A DNA stretch of 64,000 nucleotides from a virus, in UHGV virus genome UHGV-0076294; one strand, written 5' to 3'. Made by a program: the position numbers and the translations under genes. Positions 27,654 through 36,528 of this stretch are shown one piece after another. Numbering within the stretch: position 1 is the first letter of the stretch; each line of letters begins with the position of its first letter. Below the pieces are notes generated by a model that saw only the letters and a list, made by a program, of their open reading frames with translations, searched no databases and had not been told where the DNA came from.

Positions 27654-28619
27654 TTATTGTGGTGGTGAAGTTGGGCCATGCTTGCCTTGGTGAATGTGTA
27701 CACTGAAGGTAATACCGGAAATCACCGCATCCTTAACTGTAAAGACACCCACACCTTCACCCGTACCACCGTATTTGAAGTTCTTAGCAACTTCCAAATT
27801 ACCGGTGAACATCGCTTCATTACCTTCTTGCTTAAAGTTCGGCGTTTTATACGTTGTGGAACCGGAGGCTTCGGTTAGCCATGTTTCTGTTTTAAAGGTA
27901 ACCGATTTCGACGCTTCAGTATTCCGAACTTCGCATTTCTCATTAATCGTTTTCGTTTCCAGGTTAATCGAACGTTTTGCGTAAATGAACGCATCTTCTT
28001 TGTTGATGTTCACTTTCGAAAGCATCGCGTTCTCAAAACCTAAATCGTCTTCCACCGAGTTAATGTAATACTTATTCCCTTTATGGTCAACGCACTGCCA
28101 CGATCCGTTAGCGTTATCGAATTGGAATAACCACGCCGCTTTCTCCCCGTTCACCATACTTGTTCTTAGCGTAACGTGTTTGTCAATCGTTGAGACGTTT
28201 AACACATACGCGTTCGACAAGTCATCCGCCATCTGGTTTTCAGGGTCAGCCGACCACGCGTAAACCGCATCTTCTAATCGCTTAACGTTAGCGAAGTTCA
28301 GATCAATCCAAAAATAAATATCCGTTTTCCCCAAACGTAACAAGATAACGTAATCTTCTCGTTTAACGTCAGGGGAATTAATTCGATTGGAGTTAAACTT
28401 CCACCACTTTGCCGTTATCGTGTTACCCGTCTTAATGGTTAGGTTATCTGTTGCACCAGATGTTTCATGCGTCTTTTCAGTTGCTGAAGAAACAGATTGT
28501 ACCACGGTAGGGTTAGCAAAGTTGGTTTCAATTGGTATCACTTTTACCCGATCTGTACCACGGGGTTTGTCTTCCGCGACGATACCAATTGAGAAAAAAT
28601 CAACGCTGGATTTCTCCAT
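27654..28619 (-). CDS. Hypothetical protein (possible baseplate/spike-associated; His-rich C-terminus)
   Basis: 321-aa beta-rich ORF; C-terminal GITFSVHIHQGKHG; functional assignment speculative. Confidence 0.4.
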   Translation of the reverse strand: MEKSSVDFFSIGIVAEDKPRGTDRVKVIPIETNFANPTVVQSVSSATEKTHETSGATDNLTIKTGNTITAKWWKFNSNRINSPDVKREDYVILLRLGKTDIYFWIDLNFANVKRLEDAVYAWSADPENQMADDLSNAYVLNVSTIDKHVTLRTSMVNGEKAAWLFQFDNANGSWQCVDHKGNKYYINSVEDDLGFENAMLSKVNINKEDAFIYAKRSINLETKTINEKCEVRNTEASKSVTFKTETWLTEASGSTTYKTPNFKQEGNEAMFTGNLEVAKNFKYGGTGEGVGVFTVKDAVISGITFSVHIHQGKHGPTSPPQ

Positions 28620-28647
28620 TAGGTCGTTCCTTAGATCGGAAATGTAA

Positions 28648-28670
28648 TCAGATATATTTTACTTAGGTGA
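28648..28670 (+). promoter_or_regulatory. Conserved intergenic motif cAGATATATTTTACTTAGGTGAG (candidate phage promoter)
   Basis: Near-identical copy at 32954-32976; related copies upstream of other plus-strand genes. Confidence 0.4.
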
Positions 28671-28673
28671 GTA

Positions 28674-28697
28674 GGGGCTGAAGTGCGAATTCAGCCC
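28674..28697 (+). other. Hairpin immediately downstream of candidate promoter motif
   Basis: ggggctgaa-gtgcg-ttcagcccc. Confidence 0.35.
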
Positions 28698-28926
28698 CTA
28701 TAGGCACGTTTCTTTTCGAAACGGATACTAACAATAGCGGAGGCTACCATGCTTGCTGAACAGAAAGACGGTATCGAAGAGGTAGTGAGACTCTTCCGTC
28801 ACTATTCACCTTATCTACCACGGTAATCATAGTATTACTTAAAATTTACAGATTGTCCCTTTATTCTGCTACTCGGGATACCGGTAGGGGGTAGGGGGCA
28901 ATCTGTATACGGATATAAATAGCGGA

Positions 28927-28943
28927 GGTATACGTAGTATACC
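28927..28943. promoter_or_regulatory. Inverted repeat ggtatac-gta-gtatacc (operator-like) upstream of 29005 gene
   Basis: 7-bp arms, 3-nt spacer, read directly. Confidence 0.3.
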
Positions 28944-29004
28944 GACATACTCTTCCCAGAGGAACGTAGTGACTTCCTTATTCCTTTTTAGGAGAATAAA
29001 CCCC

Positions 29005-29739
29005 ATGAGAGAATTATTAGACGATATCTTTACCAACACCAGTTTAGAACTTTCTTCTACGCTGGTTAACGAATTAATAAAACAATACCAACCTGCTAAG
29101 TTAGTCACTGTCAGGGTAGTTAACCCTAAAGATTATCTAGGCTGCGATATCATAGACGGTACGATCGATGAGTACGCAATTGGTATTTACGCCGACCGGG
29201 TCTTCTTTGTTCTTAATACCGAAACCGGTGTCATGTTAACCTACACGATGAGTAGTGATGCCGAACACGAAGTTGTAGCGGAACATATTCGCCACATTGC
29301 CAGCACGCCTACCTTTTCCGACGTTACGTTTATTGGGGGAAGCACTATGCTGACGTTATTCTCTTACTTCCCACTGTTTAGACATGGGGTAGGGCTAATC
29401 AAGCATGTAGAAAACCTTCCCGCTGATGTAGAATTAACGTTGCTCGGTCGGGACATCAGTCTTTATCCCTTAAAAGATAACGGTAAGTTATACGGTTTAC
29501 GTATCTATGTTTCTTGGTTAAAGGGATACCGTGTTATTGAACTGATTGCATCAGATTTAACAAAACAAATCCCAGAAGTGGAAACGATTTCTAAAGCCAC
29601 CCACCTAGTTGAGATTAACCCAGACGATCCGTTTTTACAGTATCACACAGAAATTGCCCTTCGTGGTATCGCTGCCGTAAAAGGGTGGGGGCGTGCTGAG
29701 CTTACGAAGGACTATCTGCTGTTAATTAAAACCGCGTAA
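29005..29739 (+). CDS. Hypothetical protein, member of GW...LL C-terminal paralog family
   Basis: SD aggagaa before ATG 29005 (GTG 28969 alternative); C-terminus AAVKGWGRAELTKDYLLLIK. Confidence 0.5.
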   Translation: MRELLDDIFTNTSLELSSTLVNELIKQYQPAKLVTVRVVNPKDYLGCDIIDGTIDEYAIGIYADRVFFVLNTETGVMLTYTMSSDAEHEVVAEHIRHIASTPTFSDVTFIGGSTMLTLFSYFPLFRHGVGLIKHVENLPADVELTLLGRDISLYPLKDNGKLYGLRIYVSWLKGYRVIELIASDLTKQIPEVETISKATHLVEINPDDPFLQYHTEIALRGIAAVKGWGRAELTKDYLLLIKTA

Positions 29740-29765
29740 GTAAAAAACCTAAAGGAGAAAATATC

Positions 29766-30323
29766 ATGTCTACTATTGAACTGAAACAACAAGTTATTGG
29801 ATTTGTTAAGCTGGGTGCAGGTAAACACCAACTTGATTATCCTTGCGTTATACAGTCTAACATTATCCCGGTCGATACAATGATTACCGGTCTTCAAGTT
29901 GAAGAATTTGATGGAGATGCTGTGGTTTGGGAACGCCATTTCACACGACTTAATTATCGTAAAGTCGGAGATAGTTTTACCGAAATATTCCGTCATCTGT
30001 TTTCCGGTACCGGATGGAAAGTAACGAGTGCGTTCTACGGTGGGAATGTTATTACGCTTCTAGACACGGGGAATGCACGTTATCTCGTGAACTTTACTTT
30101 CGCAAGACGCTACGCATATTTCCCCAACCCGCTTACGTGTACGTTAAGTAACCCAGGAATGCTACTAACAGATAAAGAAGCAGACGTTCTACTCGCCGAA
30201 CTGCGAAAAGACGGTTGCGACGTTGACGATTGGGAAACATTGATCGCTGTCGCTAAAGCACACGGTTGGTATACCGTACGTAAAATCGGTCGACAGTTGT
30301 TGTTCTTAGCTTATAATGTTTAA
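29766..30323 (+). CDS. Hypothetical protein, GW...QLLF paralog family
   Basis: SD aaaggagaaa; C-terminus AHGWYTVRKIGRQLLFLAYNV. Confidence 0.55.
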   Translation: MSTIELKQQVIGFVKLGAGKHQLDYPCVIQSNIIPVDTMITGLQVEEFDGDAVVWERHFTRLNYRKVGDSFTEIFRHLFSGTGWKVTSAFYGGNVITLLDTGNARYLVNFTFARRYAYFPNPLTCTLSNPGMLLTDKEADVLLAELRKDGCDVDDWETLIAVAKAHGWYTVRKIGRQLLFLAYNV

Positions 30324-30334
30324 AGGATGATATC

Positions 30335-31462
30335 ATGCATATCTACCATAACTCACCGTCACATAAACTTTATCTTGAATTGCTTTTCGAGGATTACAAG
30401 AAAGGTGTACCGAAAATACTACTCAGTATCCCCTGTGCCACACAAACTGATTTGTTCGGTCGCGTTTTTGGTTGTACTGTTAACGCTTTGCCAGAACCAA
30501 TCTGTGCACCTATAGATAATTGTGTTTTCGACGAGCGAATTGAGGGTTTTCAATTCACCTTTTACGTAAACGATTCTTTACCGTACGACAAACTTTACGT
30601 TCGTGAGTTGAAATCAAATCAGCGGTTAATGTACCGCGTCTACCCACCCCACAAAGGATCGTTACTGGAGTATAAAATCAGGCGGCTACCTTACGAGGGT
30701 GTGAAATTACTCGACCAGCAGGATATAGCTTTTCTGGAAGAACTTTGCGGATTCGAAATTGAGAAAATTCACGTAACCCAGGAAATATCCCGAAACGTAC
30801 CTAGTCGTCTCACCCCTAACGGCGGGTTTCCGTACGAGTTCACCGACACAGGGCTAAGGCTCGTAACCGAATTTAACGACGTAATGTATTACGCAGTGTG
30901 TATTGAACGTAAAGTAGTGGAGAAAGAAATGGCAAGTACATTGAAAGAAGAATTAGCTCAATTCATTCGTGACGTCGAAGAGAAAAGCAAGAGCGATCAC
31001 ATTTTCTCACAACGCTATCCTGAACTTATTGACGAAACCACCGATAGTGTCGTCGATGGTATACGCATTTTCCCAAGCAACCTTGCAACTTACCGACTGC
31101 CCAGCCTTAACCAGCTTAAAGTCATGGAAATGCTAAAAGACGTTTTAGCAAAAGCGGGTTGGGAATATCGTTTCGATTGCAATTTCGAAGGGATGGCGTT
31201 ATTCGTTACAAAGAAAAATTATAATTTGACAATCGATCTGCCCAAAAGTCAGTATTACAGTTTCTTCCCGAAAGCGGATGACCGCACTGAAAAAGAACCT
31301 GCGTTGTTACTTGATGCGGCAGAATCCAATACGCTAATGATGCGTCTGCGGATGGTTGACAAAAAGTTAAATACCGGCCATCTAACGACGATCGGTAAAG
31401 ATTACGGTTGGAAATCTGTCGAACCGTACGGCAGTCAGCTGCTGTTTGTTGCTGACCTTTAA
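30335..31462 (+). CDS. Hypothetical protein, GW...QLLF paralog family
   Basis: SD aaggatg; C-terminus LMMRLRMVD...YGWKSVEPYGSQLLFVADL. Confidence 0.55.
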   Translation: MHIYHNSPSHKLYLELLFEDYKKGVPKILLSIPCATQTDLFGRVFGCTVNALPEPICAPIDNCVFDERIEGFQFTFYVNDSLPYDKLYVRELKSNQRLMYRVYPPHKGSLLEYKIRRLPYEGVKLLDQQDIAFLEELCGFEIEKIHVTQEISRNVPSRLTPNGGFPYEFTDTGLRLVTEFNDVMYYAVCIERKVVEKEMASTLKEELAQFIRDVEEKSKSDHIFSQRYPELIDETTDSVVDGIRIFPSNLATYRLPSLNQLKVMEMLKDVLAKAGWEYRFDCNFEGMALFVTKKNYNLTIDLPKSQYYSFFPKADDRTEKEPALLLDAAESNTLMMRLRMVDKKLNTGHLTTIGKDYGWKSVEPYGSQLLFVADL

Positions 31463-31497
31463 TAAGTGAAACTACACTTTCTCTAACTGCCGCGCTT

Positions 31498-31524
31498 TAG
31501 TCGCGGCTTTTGTTAAGAAGGAAA
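31498..31524 (+). terminator. Hairpin terminator
   Basis: gccgcg-ctttagt-cgcggc followed by ttttgtt. Confidence 0.5.
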
Positions 31525-31529
31525 AAGAA

Positions 31530-32303
31530 ATGAAAATCCATTTAGACGACCTCTTTAAATCTGAACCGTATATGGTTAAAGGTTCGCTGGCTTCATTGTT
31601 GCTAGACGATAGATTTCATCGAACGCTGCAATTACAATCGGTCGAATCCGCGCCAACAGAAGACGTGGGTCTTTATCAACGTATCACTTATACGCGCGGA
31701 GAATATCGGCGATATAAACCTGATACGCTAACCGTTAAACTCTGGCAAGTGGCCACAGGCAAAGTATTAACTTATCGCGCTGTTGGTCTGTACTACGTTG
31801 AACGTGCCTACGCATGGTTAGAAGAAGTTAAAGAAATGGATTACGGCCGTTTAAGCAAAAGACTGCGCGATAATAACGCCAGTTTACCGCTACGTAATTA
31901 TTTCTCCACAATTGAAAATAGTCGTTGTTTCGTTTCACGCGAATCCATGATATTGCCTGGGGCTGATGTTCAGACGACACTAAAAGATGTGGTTGTGAGG
32001 AAAATCTTTCATGAATCTGAACACGTTGGATTTCGTATCTATTTAACGCACAAGAGGCCATTTACCGTGATTCATCTTGTTACCGTACCCGAAGGCTCGG
32101 CAGTCGTACGTGAACTTCCTGACGCACGTGACCGTAGTCCTAATGAGCCACTTTACTTAATGTCAGGAACAAAATCAGAATCTTTGATGTCCCGTTACAG
32201 CATGGTTGATGTTGTTGATACTGCTATGAAATTAGGTTGGAAAGAAGTACAACAGCACGGCAAACAATTGCTGTTTATCGCAGATGTAAATCTCAATAAC
32301 TAA
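31530..32303 (+). CDS. Hypothetical protein, GW...QLLF paralog family
   Basis: SD aagaaggaaaaag; C-terminus LMSRYSMVD...LGWKEVQQHGKQLLFIADV. Confidence 0.55.
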   Translation: MKIHLDDLFKSEPYMVKGSLASLLLDDRFHRTLQLQSVESAPTEDVGLYQRITYTRGEYRRYKPDTLTVKLWQVATGKVLTYRAVGLYYVERAYAWLEEVKEMDYGRLSKRLRDNNASLPLRNYFSTIENSRCFVSRESMILPGADVQTTLKDVVVRKIFHESEHVGFRIYLTHKRPFTVIHLVTVPEGSAVVRELPDARDRSPNEPLYLMSGTKSESLMSRYSMVDVVDTAMKLGWKEVQQHGKQLLFIADVNLNN

Positions 32304-32315
32304 AGAGGTGGTACC

Positions 32316-32894
32316 GTGTACCGATTAATAGAAATGAGAAAAGACGTTTGGTTGGAAAACCTCGTCGACGGGGAGCTTGAGGGAATAGAGCTTTCCTTAC
32401 CAGAGAGAGCGGACACGGTATTGGCCTTTCTGGTAAAACAGGCAGACCGTGAGCCGGTAGGAATCTTCAGCGTGGACTATAAAGACCCGCGAGGGATTCA
32501 TTTACGGAACATTTGCAGTGGTTTGGAAAACTTACCGGCTAATCCGTTCTTAAACTACGCAAAACGTAAACTCCGACCGGGACAACACCTCTGGGTAACG
32601 TTAGCGCCTGACATTAGAATCATGCGTGACGATTACTCGGCGTTTGTACAGGCAACGAAAGTCAGTCTGTATAACCCGAACGCAGAGCGTACCGATATGC
32701 CGTTTATAATTACCTTAGAAGACGATGGAACGCAAGAAGGTATTGAGGCAATTACGGAATTAGTAAACTCTTATCCGGTTGCCACTATCGAGTTAGAAAA
32801 CCCAAGTCGTTTACAACTGGGTGACCTGCTCGAATGGATTGAACTGAATACAGAATTCTTAATCAATTCTCGTCAGTATCGATTCGACGTTTAA
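32316..32894 (+). CDS. Hypothetical protein
   Basis: GTG start with SD aagaggtgg; followed by terminator. Confidence 0.5.
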   Translation: MYRLIEMRKDVWLENLVDGELEGIELSLPERADTVLAFLVKQADREPVGIFSVDYKDPRGIHLRNICSGLENLPANPFLNYAKRKLRPGQHLWVTLAPDIRIMRDDYSAFVQATKVSLYNPNAERTDMPFIITLEDDGTQEGIEAITELVNSYPVATIELENPSRLQLGDLLEWIELNTEFLINSRQYRFDV

Positions 32895-32898
32895 CAAC

Positions 32899-32930
32899 GG
32901 TGGGGTGTAAACCCCACCTTTTATTTTTTG
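32899..32930 (+). terminator. Rho-independent terminator
   Basis: ggtgggg-tgtaaa-ccccacc followed by ttttattttttg. Confidence 0.7.
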
Positions 32931-32953
32931 TTCTCTAACATTAAAAATAATCT

Positions 32954-32976
32954 CAGATATATATTACTTAGGTGAG
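32954..32976 (+). promoter_or_regulatory. Conserved motif cAGATATATATTACTTAGGTGAG (candidate promoter)
   Basis: Second near-identical copy; sits between terminator and secreted-protein gene block. Confidence 0.4.
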
Positions 32977-33023
32977 AGTTAAGATTAACTCTTTTACTTG
33001 TTAACCCCACGAGGAGAAAAACA

Positions 33024-33485
33024 ATGAAAATCTTCACTTCCTTTTTAATCGGCCTTCTCGCAATCGGATTCAATACTGCACACGCTGCAATCAATAGTTG
33101 GGAACAACTACAGAACCCAGGTCAAGCTGTTTACGAAATCGAAGACACCACCGGAAACGGACTGTCTATCAACTGTGACACTGAAACCGCGAATCGCAAA
33201 TTTTACGGTCGCATGGTTTGGTATTACGGGGAACCTGTAGGTGCAACTAACGCTGAAGACAACACGCTGGATATTGTCGTAAATGGCAAAACTTACAACA
33301 TCCCTACCGTGGATGGTAGTGACAAAGCAGAACTCGCTTGGGTGGCTTTCGTTAATGCTATCGGCAATGCCAAAACTTTCAGTGTGAATATCAACGGAAA
33401 CGAAGCCGCTAACTTTACCGTAGAAGGCGAACGTCTGTCTGAAACTTTCTTCCAGAACTGTGGACACACCCGTCCTAACAAATAA
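33024..33485 (+). CDS. Small secreted protein (signal peptide)
   Basis: SD gaggagaaaaa; N-terminus MKIFTSFLIGLLAIGFNTAHA. Confidence 0.55.
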   Translation: MKIFTSFLIGLLAIGFNTAHAAINSWEQLQNPGQAVYEIEDTTGNGLSINCDTETANRKFYGRMVWYYGEPVGATNAEDNTLDIVVNGKTYNIPTVDGSDKAELAWVAFVNAIGNAKTFSVNINGNEAANFTVEGERLSETFFQNCGHTRPNK

Positions 33486-33512
33486 GTATTAATCTTTTTA
33501 GAGTGCGTGAAA

Positions 33513-33899
33513 ATGAATATCAGAACTATACTTTATACCATCATTATTTTCTGTGCAGTCGGTATTACTGCCACTTATGCTTTCGGTGATTCGGATGTCC
33601 GCTATTACGAACCGGCTCCTGACTCACCGATTATCAACCCGGATGAGTCGCCTACGTTAATGCGCAGTTTCGGTAAACTGCAAGTTTATCGTTTAGTGCG
33701 TGGTGAATCGTGTACCGGATTACTCATTGCTGACACCCGTGCACAAGTCTACCAACGTCTGACGGATATCGCCTGCGAACAACCAAAAGTCATGTCGGTC
33801 AGTATTCATCCGTTAGAGGTCGGTAACTATACTGCTGTGGACTTCTTCCATAATGCAGAACTGATTGGTCGTATTACTTTAAATCGTAGCGCTGAATAA
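33513..33899 (+). CDS. Small secreted protein (signal peptide)
   Basis: N-terminus MNIRTILYTIIIFCAVGITATYA; ATG 33513 preferred over GTG 33507. Confidence 0.5.
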   Translation: MNIRTILYTIIIFCAVGITATYAFGDSDVRYYEPAPDSPIINPDESPTLMRSFGKLQVYRLVRGESCTGLLIADTRAQVYQRLTDIACEQPKVMSVSIHPLEVGNYTAVDFFHNAELIGRITLNRSAE

Positions 33900-33917
33900 T
33901 TTAATGGAGAAATTACA

Positions 33918-34400
33918 ATGAAACGTTTACACACCCTGATGCTCTTCGTGGCTATTCTGTTCACGGGCTTTAACTTTAACGCAGAAGCGGCTAGTGTAAA
34001 ACAAGCACTTAGTTGTAACCCGGAAGCCTGGGCTGAACAACCCGGTGCGTGTCCTGATATCAATACGCTCTATACCGACGACGCTACTTATAAAGCCGCG
34101 ATCGATAAAGCGTTGAAACCGGTCGGACTGGACGGATTATTCGGTAAAGATGGTGTAATGAATGGTCCTGGCGGCGATGTTATTCCCGTGCAAATCAACG
34201 GCAAAATCTGGCTTGAAGCTACTGGTTGTAAAAGCAATGCTTGTGGTTGGGAATACATCACGACGCTTTATAACCCGCAGACCCATGTCGTGGTAGGTTA
34301 CTATTACAACGTCGACCCAGGTTACCTGGTTTGGTTTGGCGATATCGGCGTTAATGAATTCGCCTATCTGGTTAAGAAATACGTAGCTACGGTTAATTAA
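33918..34400 (+). CDS. Small secreted protein (signal peptide, several Cys)
   Basis: SD tggaga; N-terminus MKRLHTLMLFVAILFTGFNFNAEA; paired cysteines suggest disulfides. Confidence 0.55.
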   Translation: MKRLHTLMLFVAILFTGFNFNAEAASVKQALSCNPEAWAEQPGACPDINTLYTDDATYKAAIDKALKPVGLDGLFGKDGVMNGPGGDVIPVQINGKIWLEATGCKSNACGWEYITTLYNPQTHVVVGYYYNVDPGYLVWFGDIGVNEFAYLVKKYVATVN

Positions 34401-34415
34401 TTTAAGGAGTCTGTC

Positions 34416-34826
34416 ATGAAAACGTTTATCAAAACTTTACTCGTTGCTGTAACTGTTCTGTTCTCTCTTAACGTAGCAGCAAAAACAGTAAAACTACCGG
34501 CGGGTATCAAATACGTCAACAGTACCGATGAATTCTACTGCACAGAAATCGACGGTCTGTATTGCCAGACAAAGAATTTGTTTGAATACAAAGGTAACAG
34601 ATATGTTTTCGTTGTTGAGCAAGGTGGTGCCTGGTGCTACGACAGCCCTATGTCGGTACTCAACCTGGAAACTTGGAAAGCACAGAAAATTGAATACAAA
34701 GACAACCAATTGTGTTCAGGCGAAAACAAACCGTTCTTCAAAATCAAAAATGGTGTCCCGACTGTAGGTATTATCGACACCTCTGGAGCACCAATCGTTG
34801 TAGCTCAGGACAAACTTAAAATCTAA
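34416..34826 (+). CDS. Small secreted protein (signal peptide)
   Basis: SD aaggag; N-terminus MKTFIKTLLVAVTVLFSLNVAA. Confidence 0.55.
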   Translation: MKTFIKTLLVAVTVLFSLNVAAKTVKLPAGIKYVNSTDEFYCTEIDGLYCQTKNLFEYKGNRYVFVVEQGGAWCYDSPMSVLNLETWKAQKIEYKDNQLCSGENKPFFKIKNGVPTVGIIDTSGAPIVVAQDKLKI

Positions 34827-34836
34827 GGAGTAAACC

Positions 34837-35226
34837 ATGCGTCTTATCTGCGCTTTGTTGGCGTTTTTCTCAATCGGAGTTATGGCTTCTACACACATCG
34901 ACGATTTATTACTTACCCCGGCAACGAACACAGACTATCACTACAACCCACCGGGTTTTGAAGTCTGCGAAGGCGATGCAGGCGAATGCCAAGAAGTTGG
35001 CGCAGATGGACGCTATATACTCGTAAAAGCAGACGGAGGAACAACCTGCCCTGCGGGTTATTATTTCGTACTTGACTCTGTAGCAAAAGAGGTACTTCCT
35101 GTAACGACCAAAACGTGTGACCCCACAGTTGTACTAACGCTTGCGAAAAGCAAATCACGTGACCGTCACTTTATTGTCATCGAAGAACGCGGTGAGATGT
35201 TAGGTGCTATCGAATTAGATTACTGA
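34837..35226 (+). CDS. Small secreted protein (signal peptide)
   Basis: SD aaggag; N-terminus MRLICALLAFFSIGVMAS; followed by terminator. Confidence 0.55.
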   Translation: MRLICALLAFFSIGVMASTHIDDLLLTPATNTDYHYNPPGFEVCEGDAGECQEVGADGRYILVKADGGTTCPAGYYFVLDSVAKEVLPVTTKTCDPTVVLTLAKSKSRDRHFIVIEERGEMLGAIELDY

Positions 35227-35237
35227 TGTGTAGTCTT

Positions 35238-35276
35238 GACCCCGGCACGTGCCGATTCGTCCGGGGTCCTTTTTAC
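35238..35276 (+). terminator. Hairpin terminator
   Basis: gaccccgg...ccggggtc followed by ctttttac. Confidence 0.55.
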
Positions 35277-35305
35277 GACCTGTTTTACCTAAAGGAGAAT
35301 TAAAA

Positions 35306-35782
35306 ATGCGTTTATCTAATGTTTATCAAGCGGCCCAATTCCATCACGAGCTGACGGCTAAGCCTGAATATATTCGCCACAACTTAACGGTGGCTTGGAA
35401 ACTGCTATTGATTGCTGATGCTGCACGACACAACGACCAGGAAACTATTATCAAAACCGTGCGTACTTTACGCCCTATTGACCTGGAAACAATTTGGTCG
35501 TTTGACTTAACTCGAATTTATCATCGTCGCTTTAATGCGGCGGTGGATGCGATACGTCCTTATTTCCACTATTTGCAAGCAACATCAGACTGTGGTCCAT
35601 CCTTAGAGTGGGTCTTGGTACAAAGCGTATGGAGCGATTACATTTATCTCCTATCTTTAGAGACGGGTGAATGCATTATCGCTAACGAGGTATTCTCAAC
35701 CAACGCCGAAATGTATCGTTCCCACGCTACTATCCAGGGTGTCTCACAGCCTATCTTATCACTCACGCACTTAGGGCTGTGA
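35306..35782 (+). CDS. Hypothetical protein
   Basis: SD aaaggagaa before ATG 35306; ORF-track start 35249 lies within the upstream terminator hairpin. Confidence 0.5.
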   Translation: MRLSNVYQAAQFHHELTAKPEYIRHNLTVAWKLLLIADAARHNDQETIIKTVRTLRPIDLETIWSFDLTRIYHRRFNAAVDAIRPYFHYLQATSDCGPSLEWVLVQSVWSDYIYLLSLETGECIIANEVFSTNAEMYRSHATIQGVSQPILSLTHLGL

Positions 35783-35785
35783 TTA

Positions 35786-35819
35786 GCCCGGCCCCGCTGT
35801 GTACGGGGCTTCTTTTTTG
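35786..35819 (+). terminator. Rho-independent terminator
   Basis: gccccg-ctgtgta-cggggc followed by ttctttttt. Confidence 0.65.
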
Positions 35820-35836
35820 CCAAAGGAAACTGAAAC

Positions 35837-36445
35837 ATGAACGAAATTACTTTGGTTCGTTTTATCGAAGCGATGCGACTAAACGAAGCTAATCCTCACT
35901 CTCCGTTATTTATCGATTTAATGGAGGAAGAAGTCGAAGGGTTCTTAGCGTACCCGCGTTTGAAAGCGTATTTCGAACGTAAAACACCAACCGCTTACGA
36001 AAAGCTGATGTACGCGTTAGATAACCGTACTACGCTAAATAATACGCCGTTTAAAGCGCTGGAAGCAATAGACCCTACCGGGGGTGCAGGTATCCCACAA
36101 CGTGTTGTGTTCTACTACATCGACAACGGTCGTATTAAGGCCGACGTTGTAAATTGGATCTCTGAAGGGGAAATTCCAGAAACGCGTACTTTTAACCTCT
36201 GCCCGGTAGAAGAAGGTTGGGTCGCAGGAACACATTATTCCTATCCGTATCAAAGCATCAAATCACCTTATCTGTACCCGGTGTATTTGGATGACGTTAC
36301 GCCAGGCAAATGTGTTCCCGTTACCAATCTGATTTGTTTACTGACGATGGAAGTTGTTGCGTCTGACGCAGGCCAGGCTTGGGTTGAGCAATCGAAAAAT
36401 ATCCAAAACTGGCAGGGGATGGGTTACAAACTCTACCAGCCGTAA
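35837..36445 (+). CDS. Hypothetical protein
   Basis: SD aaggaaa; no phosphoesterase motifs (not an Mre11/SbcD). Confidence 0.5.
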   Translation: MNEITLVRFIEAMRLNEANPHSPLFIDLMEEEVEGFLAYPRLKAYFERKTPTAYEKLMYALDNRTTLNNTPFKALEAIDPTGGAGIPQRVVFYYIDNGRIKADVVNWISEGEIPETRTFNLCPVEEGWVAGTHYSYPYQSIKSPYLYPVYLDDVTPGKCVPVTNLICLLTMEVVASDAGQAWVEQSKNIQNWQGMGYKLYQP

Positions 36446-36451
36446 TACCAC

Positions 36452-36492
36452 GAGAGAACCTTCGGGTTCTCTCCCTTCTCTTTTATTTTTTT
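36452..36492 (+). terminator. Rho-independent terminator upstream of Rad50-like gene
   Basis: gagagaacc-ttcg-ggttctctc followed by T-rich tract. Confidence 0.7.
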
Positions 36493-36528
36493 CTTTTTAC
36501 ACCACGCTCCGTGAATATGGAGGTGGAC

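Noticed and set aside
28620-29004. tRNA or other structured RNA gene in the long intergenic region
   Set aside because: Could not trace a cloverleaf with acceptor stem or conserved T-loop (GTTC) features; kept only as a regulatory-region finding.
35837-36445. Candidate Mre11/SbcD partner upstream of the Rad50-like ATPase
   Set aside because: No calcineurin-like phosphoesterase motifs (D-x-H, GD-x-x-D, GNH-D/E) visible in the 202-aa product.
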